Below, piece after piece: positions 18,176 to 27,341 of a DNA stretch of 64,000 nucleotides. The translations under genes were made by a program, and so were the position numbers. This stretch comes from a virus, in IMG/VR virus record IMGVR_UViG_3300027804_000039, positions 127,096 to 191,095 of that record. One strand, 5' to 3'. The first letter of the stretch is position 1, and each line of letters starts with the position of its first letter. The notes below the pieces were generated by a model. The model did no database searches and was not told the DNA's origin. It saw only the letters and a list, made by a program, of their open reading frames with translations.

Positions 18176-19663
18176 TTAATTAAAAACTTTTACACCGTAT
18201 TGAGCTTCAAAGTTTCGGGCATCAGCAAAGTCATTTACTATTGGTTGTCCTTTGATGTTTAAACTAGTGTTAAGAAGCATTGGACAACCAGTACGCTCAT
18301 ACCATTGTTCTAACAGTTGTCTGAATGGACTTCCGTCTTTAGGCACAGACTGTACACGACTAGTCCCGTCCCTATGAACGATAGCAGGATATAAGTCAGG
18401 GCGCCTACAACGAGCGACGACTTGCATATACCGGCTGTTACGCCAACCACTAGGCATAGCAAAATAGTCAGGAAGTAATTCCTCCAAAATTGCTGGCGCA
18501 AACGGTCTGAATTCTTGTCTTTGTTTAATTGCATTTACACGATCCTTGATATCCGATCCTCTAGGATCAGCTAATAAACTTCTATTACCCAGAGCACGTG
18601 GGCCAAACTCTGCACGACCTCTAGCTAATCCGCATATCTTGTGGTCAACTAGGTAATCGACAATATCTTTGTTGCTGGTCTTGCTTCCTAAGTCTAAACC
18701 TAAGAAAGGATTAGTCCAATCGGTATATTCTCTCCAATGCGGTTTCTTTGCTAGTACTGCACCTATAGCACTACCAGCATCTCCTGGTTCAGTATATATC
18801 CAAGTGTTTTTAAAAAACTTACCCGTTAGTCTATTAGCTACACAATTTAAGGCACAGCCTCCCATAAGCACAAGGTTATCACTAGGATTCAAACTATATG
18901 CATAGTGTAATGTTCTTAAAAATAAATCTTCGTAGACTGCTTGAGTTGATGCTGCTATTTCAAAACTATCTTTTACTGTAAGGTCAGGTCGCCAATGCTG
19001 GCATCCTCTATGTAAATTTTGTTTGAAACTAACCAGGCCACCCATGTCCCAGGTTGGAATGTGAACAAAGTCTTGGAACATTTTAGCATATAATTTATTT
19101 GGATCACCATATGCAGCCATACCCATGAGTATGTATTCATCTTCGTTGGGCTTTAATCCAACACGCTGAGTCATTGCGCTGTAAAATAATCCAATGCTAT
19201 GTGGATAACTTACATTGAATAATTTTTTAAGTTTAGTACCAGTGGCTTGCCATATCGTCAGTGTTTCGAATTCACCAATAGCATCGATAACTACCACCGT
19301 GGCATTATCAAACGGACTACTGTAATATCCAAGGGCAGCATGTGTGTGATGGTGTGAACTATAACTTATTGGTGCATTGATCCCGTACTTGGATAGATAC
19401 TTTTTAATATTATTATCACTCCATTTCCAGCCTTGCCCAGCACTTAATTGCCTAAAAGTTTTAAGCAAAGGACGCTCATACCAATAAACCCTATCAGGTT
19501 CGCCCCACTGTCTTTTTGCAAATTCTACTAAGTTATGATTTAAATCTCTGTCATTCTTGATCTTACTGAAACGTTCAGCATGACTGGCAAACACAAGTTT
19601 TTCATCACAGAACACAGCCAATGCAGCATCGTGACTATTTGCAGAAATTCCCCATGATATCAT
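18176..19663 (-). CDS. O-carbamoyltransferase (NodU/CmcH/TobZ family)
   Basis: SHDAALA, HHHTHA, VIDAIGE, EFGPRALGNRSLLADP, FRPFAP, LLNTSLN. Confidence 0.93.
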   Translation of the reverse strand: MISWGISANSHDAALAVFCDEKLVFASHAERFSKIKNDRDLNHNLVEFAKRQWGEPDRVYWYERPLLKTFRQLSAGQGWKWSDNNIKKYLSKYGINAPISYSSHHHTHAALGYYSSPFDNATVVVIDAIGEFETLTIWQATGTKLKKLFNVSYPHSIGLFYSAMTQRVGLKPNEDEYILMGMAAYGDPNKLYAKMFQDFVHIPTWDMGGLVSFKQNLHRGCQHWRPDLTVKDSFEIAASTQAVYEDLFLRTLHYAYSLNPSDNLVLMGGCALNCVANRLTGKFFKNTWIYTEPGDAGSAIGAVLAKKPHWREYTDWTNPFLGLDLGSKTSNKDIVDYLVDHKICGLARGRAEFGPRALGNRSLLADPRGSDIKDRVNAIKQRQEFRPFAPAILEELLPDYFAMPSGWRNSRYMQVVARCRRPDLYPAIVHRDGTSRVQSVPKDGSPFRQLLEQWYERTGCPMLLNTSLNIKGQPIVNDFADARNFEAQYGVKVFN

Positions 19664-19773
19664 TTGTATATAAACGGATCTCGTTTCCTAAGTTCGTCCA
19701 TGCGTTTTTTAAATGCTCGTCGCGCCCTGTACCACTCTAACGGCATTTTCAATATTTCAATTATTCGTTTCAT
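19660..19773 (-). CDS. 37-aa basic peptide (...RMDELRKRDPFIYK)
   Basis: Read manually; overlaps the primase stop region and the carbamoyltransferase start (ATGA). Confidence 0.65.
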   Translation of the reverse strand: MKRIIEILKMPLEWYRARRAFKKRMDELRKRDPFIYK

Positions 19774-20764
19774 CATTCTTAAACCACTTTTTTGCTCTTA
19801 GTTGAATTTTAAGACTGTTAGACTCTTTGGCATTAATAATCATCCAAAAAGCGGTTAATCTTCCTAGTTTGACCACAGCATCGTTGACATCTTTAATACC
19901 TTCTGGCCAATCTGGCATACTGACACTCCAACCGTATTCTATTGCTTGTTCTACTGTCCTTGGGCCTTCGTGATCTTTGTCTGGTACTAGGATAATTTCC
20001 TTGCCCAGTTGTTTCAACAACCAATTCTGACTGTCTTTTATTTCTGCGCCAAGTAAAGCACATCCATCAATACTTAGTGCATCAAACGGTCCTTCCATAA
20101 CAATCACGAACTCACGCTCGTACGTTTGTCTATCTAAGTTAAACACATACCCTGGTTGTTGCTCACTAATAAATTTAGGTTTAGCATCATTTGTAGCACG
20201 GGCAGTATATCCTACGACTTTACCATCCTTATAAAAAGGAATAATAATACGATTTTTAAAACCAATTTTATTTGTCCAGTAAAACGGATAACTGTAGGGA
20301 TTTATGCCTCTGATATTTCTTAGATAGCAAAATGCATTGATTAGTTCTTGATCAGTATTTTCCCAACCTTGCAATTCAATCCAAGTGCTCCACTCTTCTA
20401 AACTCTTTGCATCCATAGGCAAAGCACGTTCGTCAAAAGTTGGAACTACTTGTCTTACTTGTGCATTTTCGTTTTGATTAAGACGTAACGCTTCTAATCT
20501 TAATTGGTTAATAACATCATCGGGCATGTTTAAATCCCGCATGAGTTTATTCATCTTGGCACTTATAGTTCTGCCCGGTTGCCAACTTGCTTTGAATCCG
20601 CAGTTAAAGCAATGGTAACTAACTGCATCGCCGGCATTCATAATGAACCCGCCACGCTGACGTTTGTCATCGCAACAGGGCGCATTGAAACTTATCCAAC
20701 CGCTTGGTGTTGTTTTACGCTTTGCAGGTAAGAAAGTTAGTAGTGTATCGGCTATGAGACTCAT
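19757..20764 (-). CDS. gp61: DNA primase (T4 gp61-like)
   Basis: Zn-binding CC...HCFNC; RIIIPFY, YTAR; TOPRIM VMEGPFDA and VPDKD. Confidence 0.9.
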   Translation of the reverse strand: MSLIADTLLTFLPAKRKTTPSGWISFNAPCCDDKRQRGGFIMNAGDAVSYHCFNCGFKASWQPGRTISAKMNKLMRDLNMPDDVINQLRLEALRLNQNENAQVRQVVPTFDERALPMDAKSLEEWSTWIELQGWENTDQELINAFCYLRNIRGINPYSYPFYWTNKIGFKNRIIIPFYKDGKVVGYTARATNDAKPKFISEQQPGYVFNLDRQTYEREFVIVMEGPFDALSIDGCALLGAEIKDSQNWLLKQLGKEIILVPDKDHEGPRTVEQAIEYGWSVSMPDWPEGIKDVNDAVVKLGRLTAFWMIINAKESNSLKIQLRAKKWFKNDETNN

Positions 20765-20777
20765 AGCACTATTATAC

Positions 20778-21863
20778 TTAACTAACCGTTATTTTGTCAA
20801 CGGTTCCGGTGATATTTGTTCCGGTTACAATGTAGGTTGCTGAACCATTTGCGGCAGTACCAGATACCGATACTGAAGAAATCGAACTAACGCTATAACT
20901 AGACGGATAGTTTGCACTAACACCGTCGACACCAGTTACAGTCAAAATCAAATCGTTTATACCATCGACACCGCCCAAAACGCTTCCTAATACTTTAATT
21001 TGGCTACCAACAGCATATCCGGTTCCACCAGCACGTAAAGTTACATTATAAGTATTGCTATCTAATGCTACACTAAAACTAGCACCAACACCATTTGCTC
21101 TTGGAGTTGTATAACTAATTCTAAAATATTTGTAGTCACCGATTGTTTGATTAGGTACAGACCATGTGCCGGTAAAATCTTCAAATGTATACGAGCTTAG
21201 GTAAGCGGCTCCCTTCCATGCTTCGGTTCTGATGGTACTTTCTGTTGTTCCTTCTAACCAAACACTTCCAGTAAAGCCAGATAGATTTACATCAAAATCT
21301 AACGTTTCAGTCTTTTCAGCTTCATAGAATGTAGCTGGTATTGCTGGGCTATGATAAGTCGGATGTCCTTTTAAATCTATCTCTGCTGTGAATGTTTTAT
21401 ATACACGGTCTTCTTTAAAAACTGGCAATGCTGTGCCTACTAGTTCAATTGTACCAACAGCACCAAATCTACTATCAGCATACAGTATAACATCGTCACC
21501 GTCTTTGGCCGCAGTAACACTATATCTCAAAAACTGATCGCTTAACGCAGCTAAATCTTCTTGTGGTATCGTTACTGATGCTAACCCTTTTAATGTTGTT
21601 TGATTTAAAGGAGTTACTGTATAAGGACTGTTGGCTAACGCTTGTCCAGACAAATCCATAACGTTTAATTCTATGTTAGATAAAGTGCTAAGATCAATGC
21701 GTTTTTGATCTGCGTTCTTAATATCAAACTCTAGGGTATTATCTATACCATTGTAAATTTTAACTGTTCTCTGATACACGTTAGTCCACTCCGTAGGAAA
21801 GCCTGCCAAATCAGCGAGTAGTTCAATTCTATTCGGATATAAATAACTTGAAATTTTTTGCAT
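20778..21863 (-). CDS. Virion structural protein (baseplate/fibre-associated, BppU-like N-terminus)
   Basis: NTLEFDIKNADQK N-terminus, beta-rich; TAAATA upstream. Confidence 0.55.
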   Translation of the reverse strand: MQKISSYLYPNRIELLADLAGFPTEWTNVYQRTVKIYNGIDNTLEFDIKNADQKRIDLSTLSNIELNVMDLSGQALANSPYTVTPLNQTTLKGLASVTIPQEDLAALSDQFLRYSVTAAKDGDDVILYADSRFGAVGTIELVGTALPVFKEDRVYKTFTAEIDLKGHPTYHSPAIPATFYEAEKTETLDFDVNLSGFTGSVWLEGTTESTIRTEAWKGAAYLSSYTFEDFTGTWSVPNQTIGDYKYFRISYTTPRANGVGASFSVALDSNTYNVTLRAGGTGYAVGSQIKVLGSVLGGVDGINDLILTVTGVDGVSANYPSSYSVSSISSVSVSGTAANGSATYIVTGTNITGTVDKITVS

Positions 21864-21888
21864 TTGGACAAACCTTTATTTTATATTT

Positions 21889-22263
21889 ATGGCAAAATTA
21901 AGAGATAACATAGAACAAAATTTGCCCTTTATTAGTGTGCTAAACTACGGTGAAGAAGAGTACGTTGGCATTATAATAAATCAAGATCAATTTGTTACCA
22001 GTTTTTACGACCTCAACTCTATAAAGAGCTTGGAGGAACGTGCAGTTTTCCTAGAAATAGGAGAAACTTGGTGGTGGGAAAGCAACAGGCAGTTTCCAAT
22101 AAGCATTATATGTAGAGATCAAATAAAGCCCTTTGCTTATGCAATAAAAACATTTAATAGCAAAGATGTTAGGATAATACTAGGTCCTGTTGTAAACCTT
22201 ATGAACCTAACAATGAAGCGAGTTAAACGCAAAAGTGTTCAACTTGTAAGAAAAACCCGTTAA
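21889..22263 (+). CDS. Hypothetical protein
   Basis: 124-aa ORF convergent with the DnaE fragment. Confidence 0.75.
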   Translation: MAKLRDNIEQNLPFISVLNYGEEEYVGIIINQDQFVTSFYDLNSIKSLEERAVFLEIGETWWWESNRQFPISIICRDQIKPFAYAIKTFNSKDVRIILGPVVNLMNLTMKRVKRKSVQLVRKTR

Positions 22264-22838
22264 CTATAACCATAACTAAGTTCTTCGCAGATTAAGTTCA
22301 TCTGCACTACAATTACATGAGCATACGCAATGGCATGTGCTTTCTTAAAGTAGTATTCACCGTTCTCCGGTTTCGTCCAAATCGTCTGCCCAATCTCTGT
22401 CCATGTCTTCCCAATCAAGTGTCTCTTCGCTGGGCGAATCAAAGCGATACACATTGCCAACTCTTCTATACTTCGTGGCTTCATCTGTTTCATTAATCCA
22501 CTGTGCCCATTTACGTGGAACAATAAACCCGCGAAATCCTGTTGCTCTAGTAGATCCCATAGTGGCTCTGTCTCCATTAATTGTTTGAGATGCTCTCGAC
22601 TTTTTACCTTCTCATATACACTAACGTTCAAGAAATCAATCTTGAAATAACCTCTATCTTCTGCTTCTTTATAATCTATTGTACTTAGCCCAGTAAAAGG
22701 ATTGTACGGTACAGATGTACAATATATTCCTGTATTGTGCTTTTTAAAAGTACTATCTTCTTTAATAGCCGCACCAACATGTTTAAAATGTTCAAGTGCC
22801 TTTGCTCTATCTGCAAAATCAATATCAATGTCCGGCAT
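22260..22838 (-). CDS. dnaE: Miniature DNA polymerase III alpha (family C) catalytic-core protein
   Basis: MPDIDIDF, KHNTG, YFKIDFLNV, ALIRPA, FKKAHAIAYA in DnaE order within 192 aa. Confidence 0.85.
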   Translation of the reverse strand: MPDIDIDFADRAKALEHFKHVGAAIKEDSTFKKHNTGIYCTSVPYNPFTGLSTIDYKEAEDRGYFKIDFLNVSVYEKVKSREHLKQLMETEPLWDLLEQQDFAGLLFHVNGHSGLMKQMKPRSIEELAMCIALIRPAKRHLIGKTWTEIGQTIWTKPENGEYYFKKAHAIAYAHVIVVQMNLICEELSYGYS

Positions 22839-23010
22839 TTTTTATTTTCCTCCAGCTTGAATTTCCAATGGTTGGATAACCTATGTACTCTTCACCTGTT
22901 TCCATGTCAATGAGTTTATATTTTTCTGGACATCGTGTGTAGACAGTTAAAGTGACAGGAAGTTCCAGTTCTTTAACTTCTAATCCGTCTTGCAATTTTC
23001 TTTTATTCAT
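22825..23010 (-). CDS. Hypothetical protein
   Basis: 61-aa ORF in a tightly packed operon. Confidence 0.7.
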   Translation of the reverse strand: MNKRKLQDGLEVKELELPVTLTVYTRCPEKYKLIDMETGEEYIGYPTIGNSSWRKIKNAGH

Positions 23011-23207
23011 TAATGCTTTGTTCCTGATTCAAACAACAATAGTGGTAAAGTTTCTGTCAAGTATGTAGCATAGTCGTCTGCTTCTTCTATAGTATCAAAA
23101 CCTATAAATTTTACATACACAGAGTTATCTTCTTCAGATACAATAACTTCTAAGTCTAAATGCAGCGCATCTGGATTTCCGCTAACATGATTTGTTGGTG
23201 TTGTCAT
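23010..23207 (-). CDS. Hypothetical acidic protein
   Basis: 65-aa ORF with overlapping stop/start. Confidence 0.7.
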   Translation of the reverse strand: MTTPTNHVSGNPDALHLDLEVIVSEEDNSVYVKFIGFDTIEEADDYATYLTETLPLLLFESGTKH

Positions 23208-23896
23208 ATGTTTGATTCCTTAACGACTTGTCGAACTAGCTCTGCATCTGCTGGAAGTTTTTTAAATTTACTAACCCAGAATTGAGGATCGATAATATTA
23301 CTTATTGCCGAGAGTTGTTCATCGTTTAGAGTTTTTAATAATTTTTTACCGTTATTGCTGTTTAATACTAGCCAAGGACTAATTTTTCCGTCTTTAACAT
23401 CAAACATAAATCTACTAGGGCTAACATATAAAAAGTAATGATTCCAAACACTTTTATGTGTGTCGGCCCACTCCATCATGTGTTTAATACTGCGCTCTAG
23501 TGCCACTTCTACTGGTTCTGTTTTTATTAATTCGACAACATATTTGTCATATAATTCGTCTCTGCACCAGTGGTCTAGCTTGACGCCAGATTTGATTACA
23601 TAGTCGATGAACTTGTCAAAGTACAACGGGTTTACATTTGAAACAAAACTACCAAATTTAATAAATGCGTTGTAGTAAGGGCTCCGAGCAAATTCTTCGT
23701 AAGTTTTATCTGCTTTAGAATTTTGTGTTAATTTATAAAAACGATTATAAGTGTCGTAACCAAGAACCACATGACGTTCGCTTTTTGCCAATGCTCTTCT
23801 TTTTTGTTCACACACGTGAACAGCCAAAGTCTTTTCCTTAGAAAACTTAGTACTGCAATATTGACAAGTATATGGCTGACTTGCAAGATTCATCAT
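23204..23896 (-). CDS. C2H2 zinc-finger protein in the replication operon
   Basis: YTCQYCSTKFSKEKTLAVHVC. Confidence 0.7.
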   Translation of the reverse strand: MMNLASQPYTCQYCSTKFSKEKTLAVHVCEQKRRALAKSERHVVLGYDTYNRFYKLTQNSKADKTYEEFARSPYYNAFIKFGSFVSNVNPLYFDKFIDYVIKSGVKLDHWCRDELYDKYVVELIKTEPVEVALERSIKHMMEWADTHKSVWNHYFLYVSPSRFMFDVKDGKISPWLVLNSNNGKKLLKTLNDEQLSAISNIIDPQFWVSKFKKLPADAELVRQVVKESNI

Positions 23897-24372
23897 TTAA
23901 ATTTCTTTGCGATTGTTGGTTCGTCCATTCCGTACTTGCGAGCGAGGTCTTTAATTTCTTTGTCTGTGACTAGTTTTGCCAATAACTCAATTTCATCAAT
24001 CTTTTTATTAGGATACAGGTCTGTTAAAAACTTAACCTTCTTGCTGTCACTGCCAGTTTTCTTTTTATTGCCAATCCATTCATGATAGAATTGTGTTTTG
24101 CCGTCATAACTGCACATACACAATAACAACCATAATAGCTTTGGATGTTTCTGAAGTACGTTCCAGTTCTTATTAAAGTATTCATTAACAGTCAAAACAA
24201 AATGCTGTTGTACTTCTTTGTTAGTTGACCTAGCATTGCTAATATATCTGTTTAAAATAAAAAATTCTGATTTCAAAGATTTTTGCTGGTCAGTATCCAT
24301 GGCATCCCACAATTCACGAATATTTTCGTCGACCGCTGCAATTTTTTCTTTTAGTTCAACTTTTTCACTCAT
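23893..24372 (-). CDS. Putative clamp-loader small subunit (gp62-like)
   Basis: FILNRYIS...HPKLLWLLL...HEWI pattern, size and replication context; weak similarity only. Confidence 0.45.
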   Translation of the reverse strand: MSEKVELKEKIAAVDENIRELWDAMDTDQQKSLKSEFFILNRYISNARSTNKEVQQHFVLTVNEYFNKNWNVLQKHPKLLWLLLCMCSYDGKTQFYHEWIGNKKKTGSDSKKVKFLTDLYPNKKIDEIELLAKLVTDKEIKDLARKYGMDEPTIAKKFK

Positions 24373-24991
24373 CTTTAGGCCTTAGTACAGCATCAAATGC
24401 CATCACAGTTCTATGTCCAACACCTTTCCACGGATATACTGTATGTGGAAGATGACTTGGGAATAATATCACAGCACCTTGTTGCGGTGTAAATTTCCAA
24501 GTATCGTTCATTATAAACTTTGTAATGTCCTTTGACTGCGACATTCTAAATAAAACTTGCCCATCACTAGGAAGACTGCCTGCTTCTAACTCAGGAACTT
24601 GAATGTACATATTCCCACTTAGGTTTCCAGCAGGATGACTGTGCATCTCTTGATACTGCCCCGGCCCTTGACGTATGGTCCATATACTATTAACTACAGG
24701 TTTACAATGTTTAAGTTCAGGTGCACCACTTTGTGCAGTAACTAACTCCATATAGCCCACACATAGCTCTTCAAGATATTTTACTAGCCAAGATACATCT
24801 AATCCAAGTTCGTTTGGATAAACTTGAATTTGCTGGCCTCCTCTAATGCTAATTGTTGGATTACCAGAGTCATTAAGTTCAGGATGGCTGTGTAATGTTT
24901 CTGCTAGATTATAAATCTGGCTAAATGTACCTGGCGGAATTTCATCTATAGCCATAATTGTTGGAGCAAAATACGCAACTTTTAAACTCAT
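24365..24991 (-). CDS. 2OG-Fe(II) oxygenase (TIGR02466-like)
   Basis: MHSHP...LSGNMYI, FPSHLPHTV, RTVMAF; start moved to MSLKV. Confidence 0.85.
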   Translation of the reverse strand: MSLKVAYFAPTIMAIDEIPPGTFSQIYNLAETLHSHPELNDSGNPTISIRGGQQIQVYPNELGLDVSWLVKYLEELCVGYMELVTAQSGAPELKHCKPVVNSIWTIRQGPGQYQEMHSHPAGNLSGNMYIQVPELEAGSLPSDGQVLFRMSQSKDITKFIMNDTWKFTPQQGAVILFPSHLPHTVYPWKGVGHRTVMAFDAVLRPKDE

Positions 24992-25236
24992 TCTAATCTT
25001 TCCTTGCTCAATTTGTATAACATTATAACACGATCCACCGCCTTTTGTAAAGTAGGATTGGACTCTGCTTCTCTCAAAACTTGTCCCCAAAATTTAGCAT
25101 TATAATGATTGGCGTCGTCTTTATAATCCCAACCTATTGGAAAACGAGTACTAGGATCCGAACCAAGTTCTCTGCAATAGGTTATACCGTCGGCTTTTTC
25201 ATAGATATAAGTAGCACCTGGTTTAAGACTTCCCAT
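24988..25236 (-). CDS. Hypothetical protein
   Basis: 82-aa ORF; GGAG upstream. Confidence 0.7.
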   Translation of the reverse strand: MGSLKPGATYIYEKADGITYCRELGSDPSTRFPIGWDYKDDANHYNAKFWGQVLREAESNPTLQKAVDRVIMLYKLSKERLE

Positions 25237-25363
25237 CTTTTTTCTCCTGTACTATGCCGTATTGTTTGTATATCCAATGTATGAATTTTTCAATTTCAAC
25301 GCTAGGATACGGATATGCTCTATATGCTATAACAATTCTTTCTAACCAATCTTTATCAATCAT
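25223..25363 (-). CDS. 46-aa hypothetical protein (MIDKDWLERIV...)
   Basis: Read manually; fills the gap with overlaps at both ends. Confidence 0.55.
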   Translation of the reverse strand: MIDKDWLERIVIAYRAYPYPSVEIEKFIHWIYKQYGIVQEKKDGKS

Positions 25364-25866
25364 AATATCTTATCTAACTGAATAATTTCGCTTTGTCTGC
25401 TAATCTCTTTGACAAAGTAAGCACAATCTGGTTTGTCTCTAAATCTAGTTGGGACGGCCAACAGTTGCCCGTTTTTCATTTTAGGAAAGTACCATTTTAC
25501 GTCGTTATAAAAGTTTACAATCTCAATCTTTTTAAATTCTAACCTAAAACTACTGAGCGGATTGAAAATCATAGCTTCAAATCCTCTGTCGTTTAAACTA
25601 GTTAATGGCAAAATTTCTATATCATTGCTACTGCTACTATCACCAACTGCAATACTCCAATCTATCGGCATAGTAACTTCATCTTCTCCGATACGTAGTA
25701 CCATTGCTGGGCTATTAAAACTTTCTAAAAATATTAACGGCATAAAGAAAAAATCTGGCTCACTTGGTGTGCTGTTATCTAATACAGCAAACCTCGTGCT
25801 GTCGTCTACTTCATCCGGTAAATTGTTTAAACTAAATGTTTGGTTATCTAATGTTAATATCTGCAT
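25360..25866 (-). CDS. Hypothetical beta-rich protein, possibly a degenerate Hint fold
   Basis: Start at MQILTLD with AAGGA RBS, directly after UvsW. Confidence 0.7.
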   Translation of the reverse strand: MQILTLDNQTFSLNNLPDEVDDSTRFAVLDNSTPSEPDFFFMPLIFLESFNSPAMVLRIGEDEVTMPIDWSIAVGDSSSSNDIEILPLTSLNDRGFEAMIFNPLSSFRLEFKKIEIVNFYNDVKWYFPKMKNGQLLAVPTRFRDKPDCAYFVKEISRQSEIIQLDKIL

Positions 25867-25871
25867 AATCC

Positions 25872-27341
25872 TTATTTTTGCCAGTCCGTCTTCTCCAAAG
25901 TAAACGGATACTTGGCTTCCTTGTAAAATTTCTTCCTTGCGGTAAGGTGGCGCTTGGCGTATTTGCAGGTACTTGTAATGTCCCATATTTGGACAAAGTC
26001 TTTGTCTTCGGCTTTCCTAATGCCTCGTCCAATACTTTGTATAACGCGGACAAAGCTCTTTCCGGGTTCAAGAAGAACCAAATTAAAAATCCTTGGAATA
26101 TTAATACCCACAGCGGCCACACCGTAAGTCGCCACAGTAATCTTGTTATCTGAAATCGCATGTTCTTTGTATTCCTCTTTTCTGTCTTTGCCTTTGACTT
26201 CGCCTGATATAAATGCAGCACCAGGTATTAGTTCTGTTAAAAATTTGCCTGTATCAATTCTGTTTACTAACACAAGTGTGTTGCCTGACTCGGATATGCC
26301 TTCTATTAATTTACTAATGTATGTTACTCTATCTTTATTAGTGACAAGATACTTTAATTCTTCTGCGTATGACTTGAATTCTGGTAAGTCTATCATTTGC
26401 ACTACGTTTACATGGCAGGCAGATAATATTCCCATCTCTTGCAGCTCGTGTGCTTTAATTCCGCCAACAACTGGTCCAATACTTGCAAATATAGGAGCAG
26501 ATTCAAAGTCATCTTTAGGAACAGTCCCAGTTAATCCCCATCGTATAGGTGTACCTGAGAAATTATGTGTAAGCAAATTCTTAAGAACATCTGCTTTAGC
26601 CATATGTACTTCGTCAACTATAACTGTTTGAACACCGTGTAAAAATTCTGCTAAAGATAGCGCCTCTTCCAAGTCCCAGTTCTTAGATTTCTTGTCTAGA
26701 ACGTTTAACGACTGCCATGTACAAATTGTATGTGTATGGCCGATCATTTTACGATCACCAAAGTAAACGCCAACATCTAAACCAACATTAACAAAGTCTT
26801 CTTCTGTTTGTGTTACAAGGTCTTTGTTAGGAACAATAGTAACAGTGCGTCCATATTTCTCAGCACAATGAGCAAGTGTAGCAGTCATAATTGTTTTACC
26901 AGCGCCTGTTGCTACTTCTTGCAATGATTGAGTATTAACAAAGAATCGGTTTACAATTTCGACTTGATCATCGCGTAGTGTAATAGGTTGGCCTTCAAAT
27001 CGGTGACCTTGCGGCCACACTTTTCCCATATCTGCCCAATAATTATTTGTGATAGGTTGAAACTCAATTTTTCCCGAAGTACGTAAATCTTCTAACTCGT
27101 CGATTTCAATACCCATGTTTCCAAGTACTTCAAAACACTTTTCTAACTGGTTCAAATAACCGTTGCCGCCTAACCCAAACAAACTTACACTACCGTCCCA
27201 ACGCCCTAGTTTGTAAGCAGGGCGATATCGAGCTGTTGGATCTTCATACTTAAAAGTTGAGACAAGTTTTTTTCGAGCATCTAACGAAAGATTCTCAAAT
27301 TTAATGTTTACTTCATCTCGAATTACTAATTTTACTCCCAT
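25872..27341 (-). CDS. uvsW: SF2 DNA helicase (UvsW-like)
   Basis: LRDDQ, ATGAGKT, IVDEVH, GLTGT, VGINIPRI, QSIGRGIR. Confidence 0.93.
   Translation of the reverse strand: MGVKLVIRDEVNIKFENLSLDARKKLVSTFKYEDPTARYRPAYKLGRWDGSVSLFGLGGNGYLNQLEKCFEVLGNMGIEIDELEDLRTSGKIEFQPITNNYWADMGKVWPQGHRFEGQPITLRDDQVEIVNRFFVNTQSLQEVATGAGKTIMTATLAHCAEKYGRTVTIVPNKDLVTQTEEDFVNVGLDVGVYFGDRKMIGHTHTICTWQSLNVLDKKSKNWDLEEALSLAEFLHGVQTVIVDEVHMAKADVLKNLLTHNFSGTPIRWGLTGTVPKDDFESAPIFASIGPVVGGIKAHELQEMGILSACHVNVVQMIDLPEFKSYAEELKYLVTNKDRVTYISKLIEGISESGNTLVLVNRIDTGKFLTELIPGAAFISGEVKGKDRKEEYKEHAISDNKITVATYGVAAVGINIPRIFNLVLLEPGKSFVRVIQSIGRGIRKAEDKDFVQIWDITSTCKYAKRHLTARKKFYKEAKYPFTLEKTDWQK

Noticed and set aside
22357-22560. 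Overlapping minus-strand ORF inside the mini-dnaE as a frameshift partner
   Set aside because: The DnaE motifs all lie in one uninterrupted frame; the alternative frame has no polymerase motif or slippery site I could identify
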